Assembly: GCA_020184695.1 (NCBI GenBank) | Contig: JAANOX010000256.1 | Location: forward strand, 62,001 to 126,000 | Length of the DNA: 64,000 nt | From: Histomonas meleagridis 2922-C6/04-290x | Taxonomy: Eukaryota; Protista; Parabasalia | Direction of reading: 5' to 3' | Shown: positions 22,076 to 33,073 of the stretch, in pieces | Position numbering within the stretch: position 1 is the first letter of the stretch | Layout: every line of letters begins with the position of its first letter | The notes under the pieces: model-generated | What the model saw: the letters and a program-made list of their open reading frames with translations, nothing else | What the model was told of the DNA's origin: nothing | Databases searched by the model: none | Program-made: the position numbers and the translations under genes

Positions 22076-23413
22076 ATGCGATTTTGCACAATTCTTTATA
22101 TTTGTCTGATCCTCAAATTTTCTATAAGTGAAGAGGAGCTTCCTCTTCCTGAAGGACAGGGCGCAATGATTATCGGCTTGCAATCAGATGTATCTGTTTC
22201 AGAACTTTCACTTTTCGTTTATGATTCCACACATTATTTATGTCTTAGAAAAGATTACACTGATCCCCGAACTCTAGCATCTGAGCATATTCCAATCGAT
22301 GTTGGTCAATATTATATCATGGTGGTTGCAAATGTTTTAAATTCTGATTTAAATTTTGTTTTGAGTTATACAGATTTTCAAAATTGGCTTACTGACAACT
22401 CCGGCTTATATCCAAACATGTTAACAGCTTCAACACAAGTTGAAGTTCAAGCGGGTGAAGTTTCAAGAACATCACTTACTCTCGAAGGAGGAACAAGTGG
22501 CATCACCCTTTCCACGGTAAGACTCCTTCTCACAGTTCCAGGGCGCGAAATGCCTCCATACACACCAACTCGCTCTGTCAATAGTGTTAATGTTTTTAAC
22601 AATGCATTACTTCAAGAACAATTATATTTGCGCACTGTTGCAGAAGTATATCTACAAGGCACTGATTCGCGCGTTCATCGCTGTGTTCAACTGTGTGAAG
22701 TGCAAGCAGATGGAACATATTTAGCCGAACTTTCTCTTCTTCCAGGTGACTATGACATTCGCTTGTGGTCCGATTGGACTGACGACGGCACTACAGAGAG
22801 TAAATATTACGATGCTGATGACCTAAGCGCTGTAACAGTACTTACTGATAATTACACATCTGGGACACAAGAAAAAGATGCGTATTATGCGACTCCTTCT
22901 GTTTCAGTGGGTGATACAAGTGCTGATGTTAACGTTGAATTAATACGACCATTTGCACGATATCGCATCATAGCAAACGATGTCGAAGCATACCAAAAAT
23001 TAGTTCAAGAAAGAATTTTACCAGAAATAGAAAATTTGCAAATTCGCATTTCTTACGAAGGATTTTTCCCTACGACATTTAATGTGGCAACAGGAAAACC
23101 ATTTGATGCGTTGACTGGCATTGGATACACAACAGAGATAACTTATGCTGATGGATATAATCCTGATGAAGCGCGACAAGTCGGAAGTGACTTTGTTATG
23201 ACAGATGGACAAGAATCATTTGTCACTGTAACAGTTCAAACTGTTGACAAAAGCAGCGGAGAAGCAATTTCGACAGTAACCGGAATCAGGATACCTTACA
23301 GACGCGGACAGCTGACTACAGTTTCAGGAACATTTCTTACTGCTGGAAGATTGGGCGTTTCAGGATTGGAACTTGATACAGATTGGGGAGAAGATATTGT
23401 TGTTCCTTTTTAA
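22076..23413 (+). CDS. Secreted Bacteroidales-type fimbrial accessory-like protein (FimB/Mfa2-like + DUF6562-like)
   Basis: Signal peptide; LSLFVYD..GQYYIMVVANV (Mfa2-like); LLPGDYDIRLWSDW, KDAYYA, LIRPFARYRIIAND (DUF6562-like); higher GC than flanks. Confidence 0.7.
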   Translation: MRFCTILYICLILKFSISEEELPLPEGQGAMIIGLQSDVSVSELSLFVYDSTHYLCLRKDYTDPRTLASEHIPIDVGQYYIMVVANVLNSDLNFVLSYTDFQNWLTDNSGLYPNMLTASTQVEVQAGEVSRTSLTLEGGTSGITLSTVRLLLTVPGREMPPYTPTRSVNSVNVFNNALLQEQLYLRTVAEVYLQGTDSRVHRCVQLCEVQADGTYLAELSLLPGDYDIRLWSDWTDDGTTESKYYDADDLSAVTVLTDNYTSGTQEKDAYYATPSVSVGDTSADVNVELIRPFARYRIIANDVEAYQKLVQERILPEIENLQIRISYEGFFPTTFNVATGKPFDALTGIGYTTEITYADGYNPDEARQVGSDFVMTDGQESFVTVTVQTVDKSSGEAISTVTGIRIPYRRGQLTTVSGTFLTAGRLGVSGLELDTDWGEDIVVPF

Positions 23414-23999
23414 TATTTAAATAAATCGATGCATGTATTAGGCAAAAGCATTGTCGAAATTTGAATAAATGTTGGCTCAAATGAATTATGTAATGTTTCA
23501 AATAAAATTATTACATATTTCTGATATGAATATGAGATTTTGGAATATTATTTGTTGAGAAAGAATCCAGAGAAGAATTTTATAAATACTTCTCAACACA
23601 CTCTGATACAAAATTTAAAACTTATTTACAAGCGGGGGCACACTTCATCAAATAATTAAGTGTTTGATAACTCAAAATCATTTTCAAATTAGTTTTTATA
23701 GCTTAAATGACTAACGCAGATTATTTTAATATTCAAATGCTTGTGTATTATCAATTACATTTTTATTGAATAGAATTTAGGAAGTAAAAACTAAAAAATA
23801 ACTATTCCAATAAATGAAGAAAGTTGTTTGTTGTTGTTATGCTATTATTGTTCACTAATGACAGGAGATATTGAATTAATGAATCATCATCACATTATTC
23901 ATTTTAAACTGGAAAATATAAAATTTATTAATATTCATTCTGGAAAATAGTTTCATTTTGTTAACAAAAATAAATTTATTTAAATGTTTAACAAGTTTA

Positions 24000-24914
24000 T
24001 CATATTTCTTCAACTCTCACAAGTGACCTTTTGCACCCAACTTCGGCGACCGTTTTGTTTTGATCGCTTAATTCTGTAAACGGCATCAAAAACAGCTTAA
24101 ACGTTCCCGGTTTCTTTTCAATGAGACTTGAAACTTTTTGATAGAGCAATTTGATTTTTGAGTTTTCGCCAATTTCCAATTTACAGCGCTTACCGTTTGG
24201 CATTTGCACCATCACACTGACTGGTGAACCAACATCTTCTGTTTCTACATTTTCTTCTGGGTTAGGGTTTTGTGAATTTGATTCTTGAGAATCACTTTCA
24301 TCAATCTCAGCTTCAAGTTGACCTAATTCTACATCAATAGGAAGACCATACTGAGGATGGCTAACTAGAAACTGATAAAGAAAGTTGAAGATTTCTGACT
24401 CATTTAATGGGCATATTATTGATTCGATACATTCTGTAGTAGTTGGCTCAATAACGGCGAGAAAAGGCGTCTTAGTGACATTGTATGTAAAGCTAAACCA
24501 ACGGCCATCTTGCTCTTCGCGACTTATTTCTAATCCAACAAATCGACAATTCATCATGTCGTAAAGACGGACATGTTTCAAAACAGATGTCTTAAGGGGC
24601 TTGTCTGTAAGGTATACTGCAATCCACCTTTTCCTTTCTTGAGCTTGTTTTCTTATTTCAACAAATTTTGGATTTTTTCCTGCTAAAATCATCTCTTCTC
24701 GAGGTTCATTTTGTATTTTAGGTTCAGCAATTGGAATTATTTTTTTTGGTGCGATTTTTTTTGGTTTCTTTTTTGTTTGATCTGTTCCAAAGTAAAAATT
24801 AAAAGCCTTTTCTAGATCCCAATCTGTTCCTGCAAGAATATCCACTGCAGTTTCTATTTGACAGTTTGTAACATTAATGAATTTAGAGATTATCTCGTCG
24901 TGATCAGAGCTCAT
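24000..24914 (-). CDS. UBA-like/UAS/UBX domain protein (UBXN7-like)
   Basis: N-terminal FINVT..A..IL...DWDLEKAFNFYF, thioredoxin-like UAS, C-terminal UBX (VQMPNGKR). Confidence 0.85.
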   Translation of the reverse strand: MSSDHDEIISKFINVTNCQIETAVDILAGTDWDLEKAFNFYFGTDQTKKKPKKIAPKKIIPIAEPKIQNEPREEMILAGKNPKFVEIRKQAQERKRWIAVYLTDKPLKTSVLKHVRLYDMMNCRFVGLEISREEQDGRWFSFTYNVTKTPFLAVIEPTTTECIESIICPLNESEIFNFLYQFLVSHPQYGLPIDVELGQLEAEIDESDSQESNSQNPNPEENVETEDVGSPVSVMVQMPNGKRCKLEIGENSKIKLLYQKVSSLIEKKPGTFKLFLMPFTELSDQNKTVAEVGCKRSLVRVEEI

Positions 24915-25240
24915 TTGTTAAGTTGCTTAATTCGATTTTTAAATAAAAAGTGCATCAACTATAAAACCATTCTTAAACGTACACTTATTAACGGTCGCTA
25001 TAGCTCTTTCAACAATTTTTATGCTTTTTAGAAAAAAATTAATTTTAATCTTACCAAATGTTATTTTTTAATTTCATTGCCTTGTAGCTCTTGAAGAAAG
25101 GAATTTTGAACTGCTAATTCCATTATTTTGTGATGAAGACTTGGCAACACCTTCACTCATTTGAATACGTAACGATCATTTCTCATTCAAAAGAAATGAA
25201 TTCCTTTTTTAGCCTTAATATTGTTATTAAACAAAAGTTT

Positions 25241-26248
25241 TTACTCGGACTTTGAAGTTAAAATTGATGCCACTCTTTCCCTTTGTTCGTTAGACATTTC
25301 CTTTGGCCATTTAATTGTTGGATGAACAATGATGTCGCCATATTCACCAGGATACAAATACATTGGCATTCCCTTTCCTTTCAATACAATTGTTTCATCG
25401 CATCCAATTGGGTCCTTAGATTCAACAGTGAATTCAGATCCATCAATATTTGTAAATTTCCGAGAAAATCCAACTAATGCCTCTCTGAGTGTTACTCTTA
25501 CATCCATGTGTAAGTTTGCGCCTTCACGTCTGAATAATGGATGTGGACGACTTACAATTTCAACTTCAATATCACTTGGAGCATTTGCTTCACTTGTATC
25601 ACCTGCATTCTTGAAGACAACAACTGTACCTTCTTCTTGTCCTTTTTCGACGAATAATGAAAGTGTAGTGTTTTCACTAATGGTTGGATGTCCTCGACAC
25701 TTAGGGCAGAAATATCCTGATTGAGGGCATCTACACATTGTCTTTCTAGATACGAATAAGGTATAATGACCAGATTCATAAAAATCTTTCAAGTCAACTG
25801 GGAATTGAATTCTATATGTTTTTCCTTTCTTTTTAATAAGAGCTGCAGTATTTGCGTTTGGGTCATTAGGATTACCAAAATCGTCAGAAGGTGTTTCATA
25901 AACGGATACACCAGCCTCACCGTAAAGATCATAAATTCTTCTTTTTAGTGGATCTTTCAGAGCACCGTAAGCATCGTTAATATCTGTAAATTTTTCAGCT
26001 GCTCTTTTATCTCCTTTATTTTTATCTGGGTGATATTTTCTGGATAATTTTTGGAATGATCTGTCTATATCTCTTTCAGTAGCGTCATGACGAAGCGACA
26101 ATATTGAGTAAAAGTCTCTATTGCCACTGCTACGGATTATCGAAATTCCGAACAAAAGAAACAGCATAAGATGTTTGGCTTTAGGTTGTGACCAAATAAA
26201 TGTTTTTTTGAATGTTTTACTTAAGTACTTACAACGATCAAAAGCCAC
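25241..26248 (-). CDS. DnaJ/Hsp40, ER type (DNAJB11/Scj1-like)
   Basis: Signal-like segment, J-domain with HPD, C-terminal peptide-binding domain (LREALVGF, GKGMP). True start may be a downstream ATG. Confidence 0.9.
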   Translation of the reverse strand: MAFDRCKYLSKTFKKTFIWSQPKAKHLMLFLLFGISIIRSSGNRDFYSILSLRHDATERDIDRSFQKLSRKYHPDKNKGDKRAAEKFTDINDAYGALKDPLKRRIYDLYGEAGVSVYETPSDDFGNPNDPNANTAALIKKKGKTYRIQFPVDLKDFYESGHYTLFVSRKTMCRCPQSGYFCPKCRGHPTISENTTLSLFVEKGQEEGTVVVFKNAGDTSEANAPSDIEVEIVSRPHPLFRREGANLHMDVRVTLREALVGFSRKFTNIDGSEFTVESKDPIGCDETIVLKGKGMPMYLYPGEYGDIIVHPTIKWPKEMSNEQRERVASILTSKSE

Positions 26249-26344
26249 TCAACAAGTGGCAGAAAAATATTGACCGTTAAATAAAATCAGATTTAATCGT
26301 TTTGCATTCAAAAAAGCAGATAATATTAACTCAGTTTACGGTAT

Positions 26345-27280
26345 TTAGTAGTGGTGCTTTGCTGCCTTCTTGAGTGCCTTCCTCCATGGCTTGGTCATCT
26401 TCTTGTAGTCCTTCTCTGACATGCCGGGTGGGCGGACTGGCATTGGACCTAATCCTGGAACAACAACTCCTGCGACTGGTGGAGGTGCTGGGGCAACTTG
26501 AACGAATCCTGGAGGTGGTGGAGCGCCGTAACCTGGAGGAGCGCCTGGTGGTGGTACACCATAGCCAGGAGGAGCGCCTGGAGGTGGACGAGCACCTGGT
26601 GGTGGAGCGCCATAGCCTGGAGGTGGATGAGCGCCTGGTGGTGGAGCTCCGTAGCCTGGAGGAGCGCCTGGTGGTGGTACACCATAGCCAGGAGGTGGAT
26701 GAGCGCCTGGTGGTGGAGCTCCGTAGCCTGGAGGAGCGCCTGGTGGTGGTGCGCCATAGCCTGGAGGTGGAGCGCCATAGCCGGGTGGTGGAGCACCGTA
26801 GCCTGGAGGTGGAGCGCCATAGCCGGGTGGTGGAGCACCGTAGCCTGGAGGTGGAGCGCCATAGCCGGGTGGTGGTCCTTGCATTGGTGCGTTCTGGAAT
26901 GGTGGGCAGCCATTTGGAGCAAGATGAAGGATAAGATGAAGACGACCTCCCTTCTTAACACGGTGGGCTGGGATCATGTTGTACCATTGGTCAACAACTT
27001 GGCCGACTGGAAGTGAGCAAAGTTGAACTTCAAGATGTGCCATATCGTCATCCTTGCAAATGTCCTTATCTCTCATAAGAATCTTAAGAGCTGAGTTTGA
27101 TGGGTTGGGGATGTTGAAATGGAATTCTTCGTTCCACATTGGCTTGAGGGAATTCTCGATGACTCTTGTCCTCCTTGTATCGTTTGAACTGGACACACTG
27201 ATGACGCAGTATGGATCGGACTTACTGATATCCATTTTAGCGATATCAAGTGCTTCTATAACTCGTACGTGGAGTTGCAT
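26345..27280 (-). CDS. C2-domain protein with (GYGAPPP)n proline-rich repeats
   Basis: C2 motifs SDPYC, PMWNEEF; XYPPX-type repeats; ATG at 27280. Confidence 0.9.
   Translation of the reverse strand: MQLHVRVIEALDIAKMDISKSDPYCVISVSSSNDTRRTRVIENSLKPMWNEEFHFNIPNPSNSALKILMRDKDICKDDDMAHLEVQLCSLPVGQVVDQWYNMIPAHRVKKGGRLHLILHLAPNGCPPFQNAPMQGPPPGYGAPPPGYGAPPPGYGAPPPGYGAPPPGYGAPPPGYGAPPPGAPPGYGAPPPGAHPPPGYGVPPPGAPPGYGAPPPGAHPPPGYGAPPPGARPPPGAPPGYGVPPPGAPPGYGAPPPPGFVQVAPAPPPVAGVVVPGLGPMPVRPPGMSEKDYKKMTKPWRKALKKAAKHHY
26500..26880 (-). repeat. Coding GC-rich repeats of GYGAPPP / GAPPGYG
   Basis: Alternating 21-nt units plus longer duplicated blocks. Confidence 0.9.
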
Positions 27281-27286
27281 CTGCAC

Positions 27287-27293
27287 AAGTGAA
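27287..27293 (-). promoter_or_regulatory. Trichomonad initiator (Inr) TCACT
   Basis: TTCACTT just upstream of the C2 gene ATG; matches Inr TCAYT. Confidence 0.55.
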
Positions 27294-27693
27294 GAGAAAA
27301 CCTCCTGAACGGCAATTCAAAATCTTCAATTTTTGAGTATTAATTCAAAATTGATAGAAACTGATTCGATTTGACAATTTTTGGGGATGAACTTCAAAGG
27401 TTTAAGGCAAATTCTAAGGGATTTGCACCACCCCAAATTACTTTTTGAGAATACCGTGTCGAGAAGGGTTTTTTTGTGGGTTGAAAATTTTTCTTCTTTA
27501 ACCTGTTAGCAAAGCTAATTTACCTTTCTTTTACCAAAAAACTAATAAAGGTTTGAAAGGGAAAATAAAATTATCGTATTTTCCTTATGCCATAAAGATT
27601 TCCATCTAAATTTAACAAATTTTCCTCATAGGTAAACAATTTGTGGAATGATTTTTTCCGTTCAAAGCTTAAAATTCCACTGAAAAACATATT

Positions 27694-28812
27694 TTATTTT
27701 TCTTCATCTCTAAAATAAGCTCTCAAAAACATTTTTGCTTCAACAGGTATTTGGTCGCTTTCCACGCCATAAAAATATTCTTTTTCGCAACCACTAACTC
27801 CAAAGTGTTGTAATATATTCATCACATGAATTCTTTCATCTTCAGTTTTTAAGTTCGCTATTTTGTCTGCAATCTTCGCAAGGTCAGCGTCTGTCAATGG
27901 GTCTAAGTCTTTCTTAGAATAATGTTCACTTTTCGGAATCATTAAATCTCTTCCCTCTTTTTGATCCAATTTCATCGATAACGTCTTAACTGCTTCTGAC
28001 AATCGACTTCCAATCAACTCTAAGCCTTTAACGGGGCGCAAATATGTTCCCTTCTGTGGTTTTGTAAGTGGATCAAATCGTTGGCACTCTTTAGCTAAAA
28101 TACGCTTCAGCTCCTGGATGTAGTATTTGAATGCATCTTTCCCGTTGAACTTTTCGCAATTACTCCAAATGAGTTCAATGTCAGAATGCCATTGTTGAAC
28201 TGATGAATATTTGTTGTTGTTGAGTTTTGAGAGAACAGTTCCTAAATCCATGGGATGTTTAATATAATTTTTGTATTCAGGGTACAGGTCTGTGTCTACT
28301 GGCTCGCGGAAAAGAGAAGATACTGGATTATCAATGAGAATTTTTGTGATATCTTTGCATTCATCCATCATTGCTGAGTTAAAATCGATAAATAGATGTC
28401 TACAAATTGATTTAATACATTCGCTATTATTGGATTTAATAGAAATTGAATAAAATTTGTATTTTTCTAGACCTGCTTTGTCAATAGATCCCGCATAAAT
28501 ATCTGATTTATTCCCAATGATAAAGATTTGTTTTGATTTTCCAAATCTTGATACAAAGTTATCAATATAATTACGAACGGACGAAAATGTCTGTGGATTT
28601 GATAAGTCATGCATTATGATTGCAGCGTGTGGTGGAGTAGCATAGTTTTCATATATTTCGAGTTGAATTTCTCTATCGCAAGCTGTATTATTTATTTGAT
28701 AAAATGATATTTCATCAACTGTCACAAGCCTTCCAACTGATTCAAGAAAAGTTGTCTTCCCAACACCTTGATCACCATAAATATGAATACGGAAAGCCAA
28801 AGGGAAAGACAT
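27694..28812 (-). CDS. Ras-superfamily GTPase-bromodomain fusion with possible ET-like C-terminus
   Basis: GDQGVGKTT, IIGNKSD, SISIK; then LFREPVD...IKHPMDLGTVLSKL..Y...W..DIELIWSNCEKFN. Confidence 0.85.
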   Translation of the reverse strand: MSFPLAFRIHIYGDQGVGKTTFLESVGRLVTVDEISFYQINNTACDREIQLEIYENYATPPHAAIIMHDLSNPQTFSSVRNYIDNFVSRFGKSKQIFIIGNKSDIYAGSIDKAGLEKYKFYSISIKSNNSECIKSICRHLFIDFNSAMMDECKDITKILIDNPVSSLFREPVDTDLYPEYKNYIKHPMDLGTVLSKLNNNKYSSVQQWHSDIELIWSNCEKFNGKDAFKYYIQELKRILAKECQRFDPLTKPQKGTYLRPVKGLELIGSRLSEAVKTLSMKLDQKEGRDLMIPKSEHYSKKDLDPLTDADLAKIADKIANLKTEDERIHVMNILQHFGVSGCEKEYFYGVESDQIPVEAKMFLRAYFRDEEK

Positions 28813-29107
28813 TAGGTGAATTTTACATCACATGTCTCGTTAACGTATTATTGGAAGGATTTAAATTTGCAATAATGAGCTTCTAACACAATATAAATAT
28901 AAAACAACGAAAAGAATGAAATTTGCTTCGATTTTTTGATTGTTCATTTGTTTGAATATTCAAATTTTTGAATTCCGATATTTAATTCAAATCAAATCAT
29001 TTGGTTCTTTTGTTCAATTTAATCGAACTCATAATTAAAAAAGAATAATAATTACTATCAATTATCAAATTTTAGATAATTTCAATCATACAAACAATTG
29101 TTATTAT

Positions 29108-30193
29108 TTACAAGTTTTGGACCAAATTTGGTCTATTTCTGGTATTCTTCCTGAATATCAATCTCTTAGTAGCTAGTCTTGCGGTGTTTCTTTGTTGTTT
29201 CCCCTCAGCATTGACCGCAATCGTTTTCAATGCTCCTTCGAACGAGTTGCATCCATGCGTATTACTTCGTTCTAAGCATTTGTCATCGATTTCTATTTCC
29301 GATCCGTCTCTACCGAAGAACTTATCGATATGTTTGAGACTTAGTGGGAGTAATGTTTGCTGTGTGAGATACCTATGACGCGGAGCTGACCGAACTAAAG
29401 GATGCGCAAGGGCATCTTCGACAGTGATTCGTTTTTCGGGATCTGGTTCGAGCATTTTTTCGATCAAATCTGATGCTTGTGAACTGACATAAGAAGGTAT
29501 AGAGAAGTCGGCGTGAATGATCTGATCGATTAGTTGGTGCTGGTTACGCTTTGTCCAAGGTAATTGGCCTGTTAGCATTGCATACAATACAACACCAACA
29601 CTCCATACATCGCTCTTACGACCATCGTAACCAATTCCTTGAATACACTCAGGTGCAGCATAGCATAAAGAGCCACATGGGGTGCTAGCAATTCCTTGAG
29701 TTCCGACAAATTTAGATAGGCCAAAATCACTGATCTTAATAAATCCATTAGCATCAATTAAAAGATTCTCTGGTTTGATATCACGATGAACAAAACCAAG
29801 AGAATGAACATATTGTAAGGTTTCGAGAATTTGACGGAGAAAATATTTGGATTCAAGTTCTGAAAGTCGTTGGCTTTGAATTATGTAGTGATATAATTCC
29901 CCATTAGAACATAACTCCATTACAATGTAAAAATTGATTGAATCTTTCAAAAGATCGATTAGTTTGACAACCCCAGGATGATGAATTTGTTGAGCAACTC
30001 TGATTTCATTTTCAAAGTGTAATTGTGAAGCGGATGTTCCAAGTGTTGAAAATTTGATAATTTTGCATGCATAACGAATTTGAGTTTTAGGATCGCGAAC
30101 TAACTTAACATCTGAAAACGCACCAGAACCAAGGATACCTAGGACTTCGTATTTGCCGCAAATAAAGGAATCAGAAGATTCAAGCTGTTTCAA
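29108..30193 (-). CDS. CAMK-group Ser/Thr kinase (SNF1/MARK-like)
   Basis: GSGAFS, YACK, HRDIKPEN, DFG, GSLCYAAPE. Confidence 0.93.
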   Translation of the reverse strand: MKQLESSDSFICGKYEVLGILGSGAFSDVKLVRDPKTQIRYACKIIKFSTLGTSASQLHFENEIRVAQQIHHPGVVKLIDLLKDSINFYIVMELCSNGELYHYIIQSQRLSELESKYFLRQILETLQYVHSLGFVHRDIKPENLLIDANGFIKISDFGLSKFVGTQGIASTPCGSLCYAAPECIQGIGYDGRKSDVWSVGVVLYAMLTGQLPWTKRNQHQLIDQIIHADFSIPSYVSSQASDLIEKMLEPDPEKRITVEDALAHPLVRSAPRHRYLTQQTLLPLSLKHIDKFFGRDGSEIEIDDKCLERSNTHGCNSFEGALKTIAVNAEGKQQRNTARLATKRLIFRKNTRNRPNLVQNL

Positions 30194-30558
30194 CTTCTGG
30201 GGAGATTTATTTAACCGTTTTTGTAATGGTCTCGAAGCAGCTTTTGATAGATTTACATATAGCCGACTATTTTCTGCTCAGAAAACGCGGGACATGAAGC
30301 GCTTTTCAAGCGGTCAGTTCAAAAACCGATTACCGTTCTCAAAAATTTTACATTTTTCCAAAACGATCAATGAAGCATACAATACAATCGGTTAGAAAAA
30401 ATCGTTCCAACTTTTTGAAACCATTCATAACGTATGACGCTGGTCAATTTTTATAGAAAAGTGATGTGTTTATTTCTCACACTTTTTGTAAAATAAACAA
30501 ATGTTCTGAACTTTCAGAAAATTTGAGGTCAATCAATTCTGATAACGGTTTGGCAGTT

Positions 30559-31570
30559 TTATTTTACACAACAAGTTGTTGTGAAATGATTATCGTACGA
30601 TAAGTTAAGTCCATCGTTATTACCTAAATGGTTATATGATGTAAGCTTAAGTCCTGATGATATTAAGAAATCAGAGACAACTGTCTTAAAATTAGTTTGA
30701 CCTGTCTTGAAATCATCGCCCATGATAATCGCTTTCTTTTGGACGGCATATTGGATAAGACCTGGTACAAATGTGTTTTGTGGTGACTCATTAATATATG
30801 GAAACCCTTCTTCTATGGCAGCTAACGCATATAAAGTCGATGGTGATATTTCGGGGTGCCCCTCGGCAACCGCTTTCAAAAGGTTTGGAGCCAGGAGATC
30901 GGAATAACGCTCGGTGTTAGCAGACCAAAGGATGATGACTTGCTCGAGCTTGTTTTGTTCCTTGAAATCACGCATTTGTTTACGAAGTTGATCAAGAACT
31001 TCTTGTTTGGTACCTTTTAAGGTGTTATTGGCACGCTCTTTTTGATTTGGCGCGACGAAGGAAAGATCAAAGGCAGCTGGGAGTGGTTTCATAGCTTTTA
31101 ATTCATATTCATTTTGATTGGATTAAGCCTGGCTCCATAACATGAGCACGCTTAACAGCTGTGAGCATGTCAGCATCGCTAATATCCAACCTGAAATAAC
31201 TAAGTCATTGGGTGAAACCATTGGAAGAAGATCTTTGAATGGTGCTACAACTTGTTTGCCATTTTGATCATCTCCCAAATAAGTTGTAGAACATTGAGTT
31301 AATGAACCGTAGTAATTTGCTGATTGAATTCCACGTTTTGTTTCCCATGTTAATTTATGTCTGTTAGCTAAAACGCCAGCTGTTAATGTTGTACCATTGT
31401 TACCACCAAGACCAACAATCATAACACCAGTTTTTGGAACCTTAGTTATTGTTTTAAACTGGAGTTTCTTTGTGATTGGTTCAACAATAGCTTTTCCATC
31501 AGCTTTTGTTGTAACTTTTTGTGTTTGATAGTCATAATTAGAGATCATGATCGCCTTCATGGGTGACATT
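30559..31570 (-). pseudogene. INO1: Myo-inositol-1-phosphate synthase, frameshifted and truncated
   Basis: GVMIVGLGGNNGTT, NYYGSLTQ, ILWSANTERY, GDDFKTGQT, SYNHLGNNDGLNL; frameshifts near 31160 and 31110; C-terminus missing. Confidence 0.9.
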
Positions 31571-31908
31571 TGATGTTTGGACTGAGAAATCAGACGCAAG
31601 CATTTAAAGTGAGGTCAAATTATCAAAGTATTGAATACGACGGTTATACAGAAGTGCGCTTTGTTTTCAATGGTATCGTACCTATCGTAATGTTTTGAGA
31701 GAATAATACTTTATTTCCATTGAATTTTTGAGTTCCAATTTAAAAGATCGATCTTGGAATTGACTTTCTTCTTGTGTGATCGGAGAAAAATAAAGAAAAT
31801 CTTTTTTAATAACAAAGCTTAAAATATATGATGGTGTATATGGAGATTAAAATCATTGAAAAAAGATTTCATGAAATTCATGTTTTTTAGAAGAAAAAAG
31901 TTTTTCCT

Positions 31909-32565
31909 TCAACATTTGCTGAATGTAGGACCACAGATAATCATGCAAATGGCAAGGACAAGAATAATTACTATCACAATAATAAGTATCCTGAATCTCC
32001 ACTTTTGCCAGCACATCATGCTCTTAACTTTTGATGCTTCACGATGGAATGCAGTTGCTGAGTCTTTAATTTTATCAGCCTTTTGAGACATAACTTCAAG
32101 TTGTTCTCCACGTTGGAGTGCAAGCTTCAAGTTCTGGACTGTTTGTTCGTTTGTCTTTAGTTGACTTTCTTTTACATATGCTATCTTTCTAGCTCTCTCA
32201 GAATTGTAAGTATTGAATAATGTTCGAATATCTGAAGAAAACTCGGCTGACTTAGAATATGCAGTGAATTTAGCACCATTATTTCCATATTTTTTCCTCC
32301 ACTTGTTACGAAGATCTGTAAGGAAATTAGATCTTAGTGTAGCAATAGCTTCCTTGTCGGTAAGGCAAAGGTAAGTCATTTTATCAGGTTCTGTCAATGT
32401 CTGGAAAACATATTGCCCTTGTTCTGAAATAGCAGTTGGAATGTTAGGGTCAATATTCTCTAAAACTTTAACAGCAATTGTTCTGAAGTTACCTTCAAAT
32501 GAGGAATAGTCAGCAAGTGGTGTTGTTGAGTGTGCAACAAGGCCATAAACAAAGGTTGTTGACAT
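31909..32565 (-). CDS. Longin R-SNARE (VAMP7-like)
   Basis: Longin domain, SNARE motif NLKLALQRGEQLEVM, C-terminal TM. Confidence 0.9.
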   Translation of the reverse strand: MSTTFVYGLVAHSTTPLADYSSFEGNFRTIAVKVLENIDPNIPTAISEQGQYVFQTLTEPDKMTYLCLTDKEAIATLRSNFLTDLRNKWRKKYGNNGAKFTAYSKSAEFSSDIRTLFNTYNSERARKIAYVKESQLKTNEQTVQNLKLALQRGEQLEVMSQKADKIKDSATAFHREASKVKSMMCWQKWRFRILIIVIVIILVLAICMIICGPTFSKC

Positions 32566-33073
32566 TTAGCCCTTTGAATTTTTTCTTAAAACTTTTGCTT
32601 AATTAACGTTTTCAACTTCGTTTTTTCATAACAACGATACCAGAAATTGAGGAGGCACAATTCAAAAACTAGTTTTTGACAGGTTCGATCAAGCCTCTCA
32701 AAAAGTGCGCTGGGGGCAGCCAAAAAAATGACGCTAAAACACTTCCTCATAAATAAAAATATCTCTCTAAAGAATTAGAATATCTCAATAATAGTTCATA
32801 CAATATATGCATTTTATATGTTGTTTGTAAATTTAAATTTAATCTAATTTTTAATACGAAATAGATAATCAAAAATTTATACAAAATAACAAATAGTGAA
32901 ATATATATTTTATAATCAACTTGAGGATTAAAACAAACAGCATACATTGTTTTCACTTTATTGTTATTCATATAACAATCAATCAAATTATTAAAAAAAA
33001 AAATTAAAATATAAATAAATGTTATGAATTGCAAATCAAACGCATTGGTATTCTAAAAATTAAACAAATTTTT

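Noticed and set aside
26374-27016. Long overlapping ORFs in other frames and strands of the proline repeat
   Set aside because: Shadow ORFs of GC-rich repetitive coding sequence.
32662-32679. 18-bp palindrome TCAAAAACTAGTTTTTGA and nearby GGTTCGATC B-box-like motif
   Set aside because: Mostly A/T runs, and no tRNA cloverleaf can be built.
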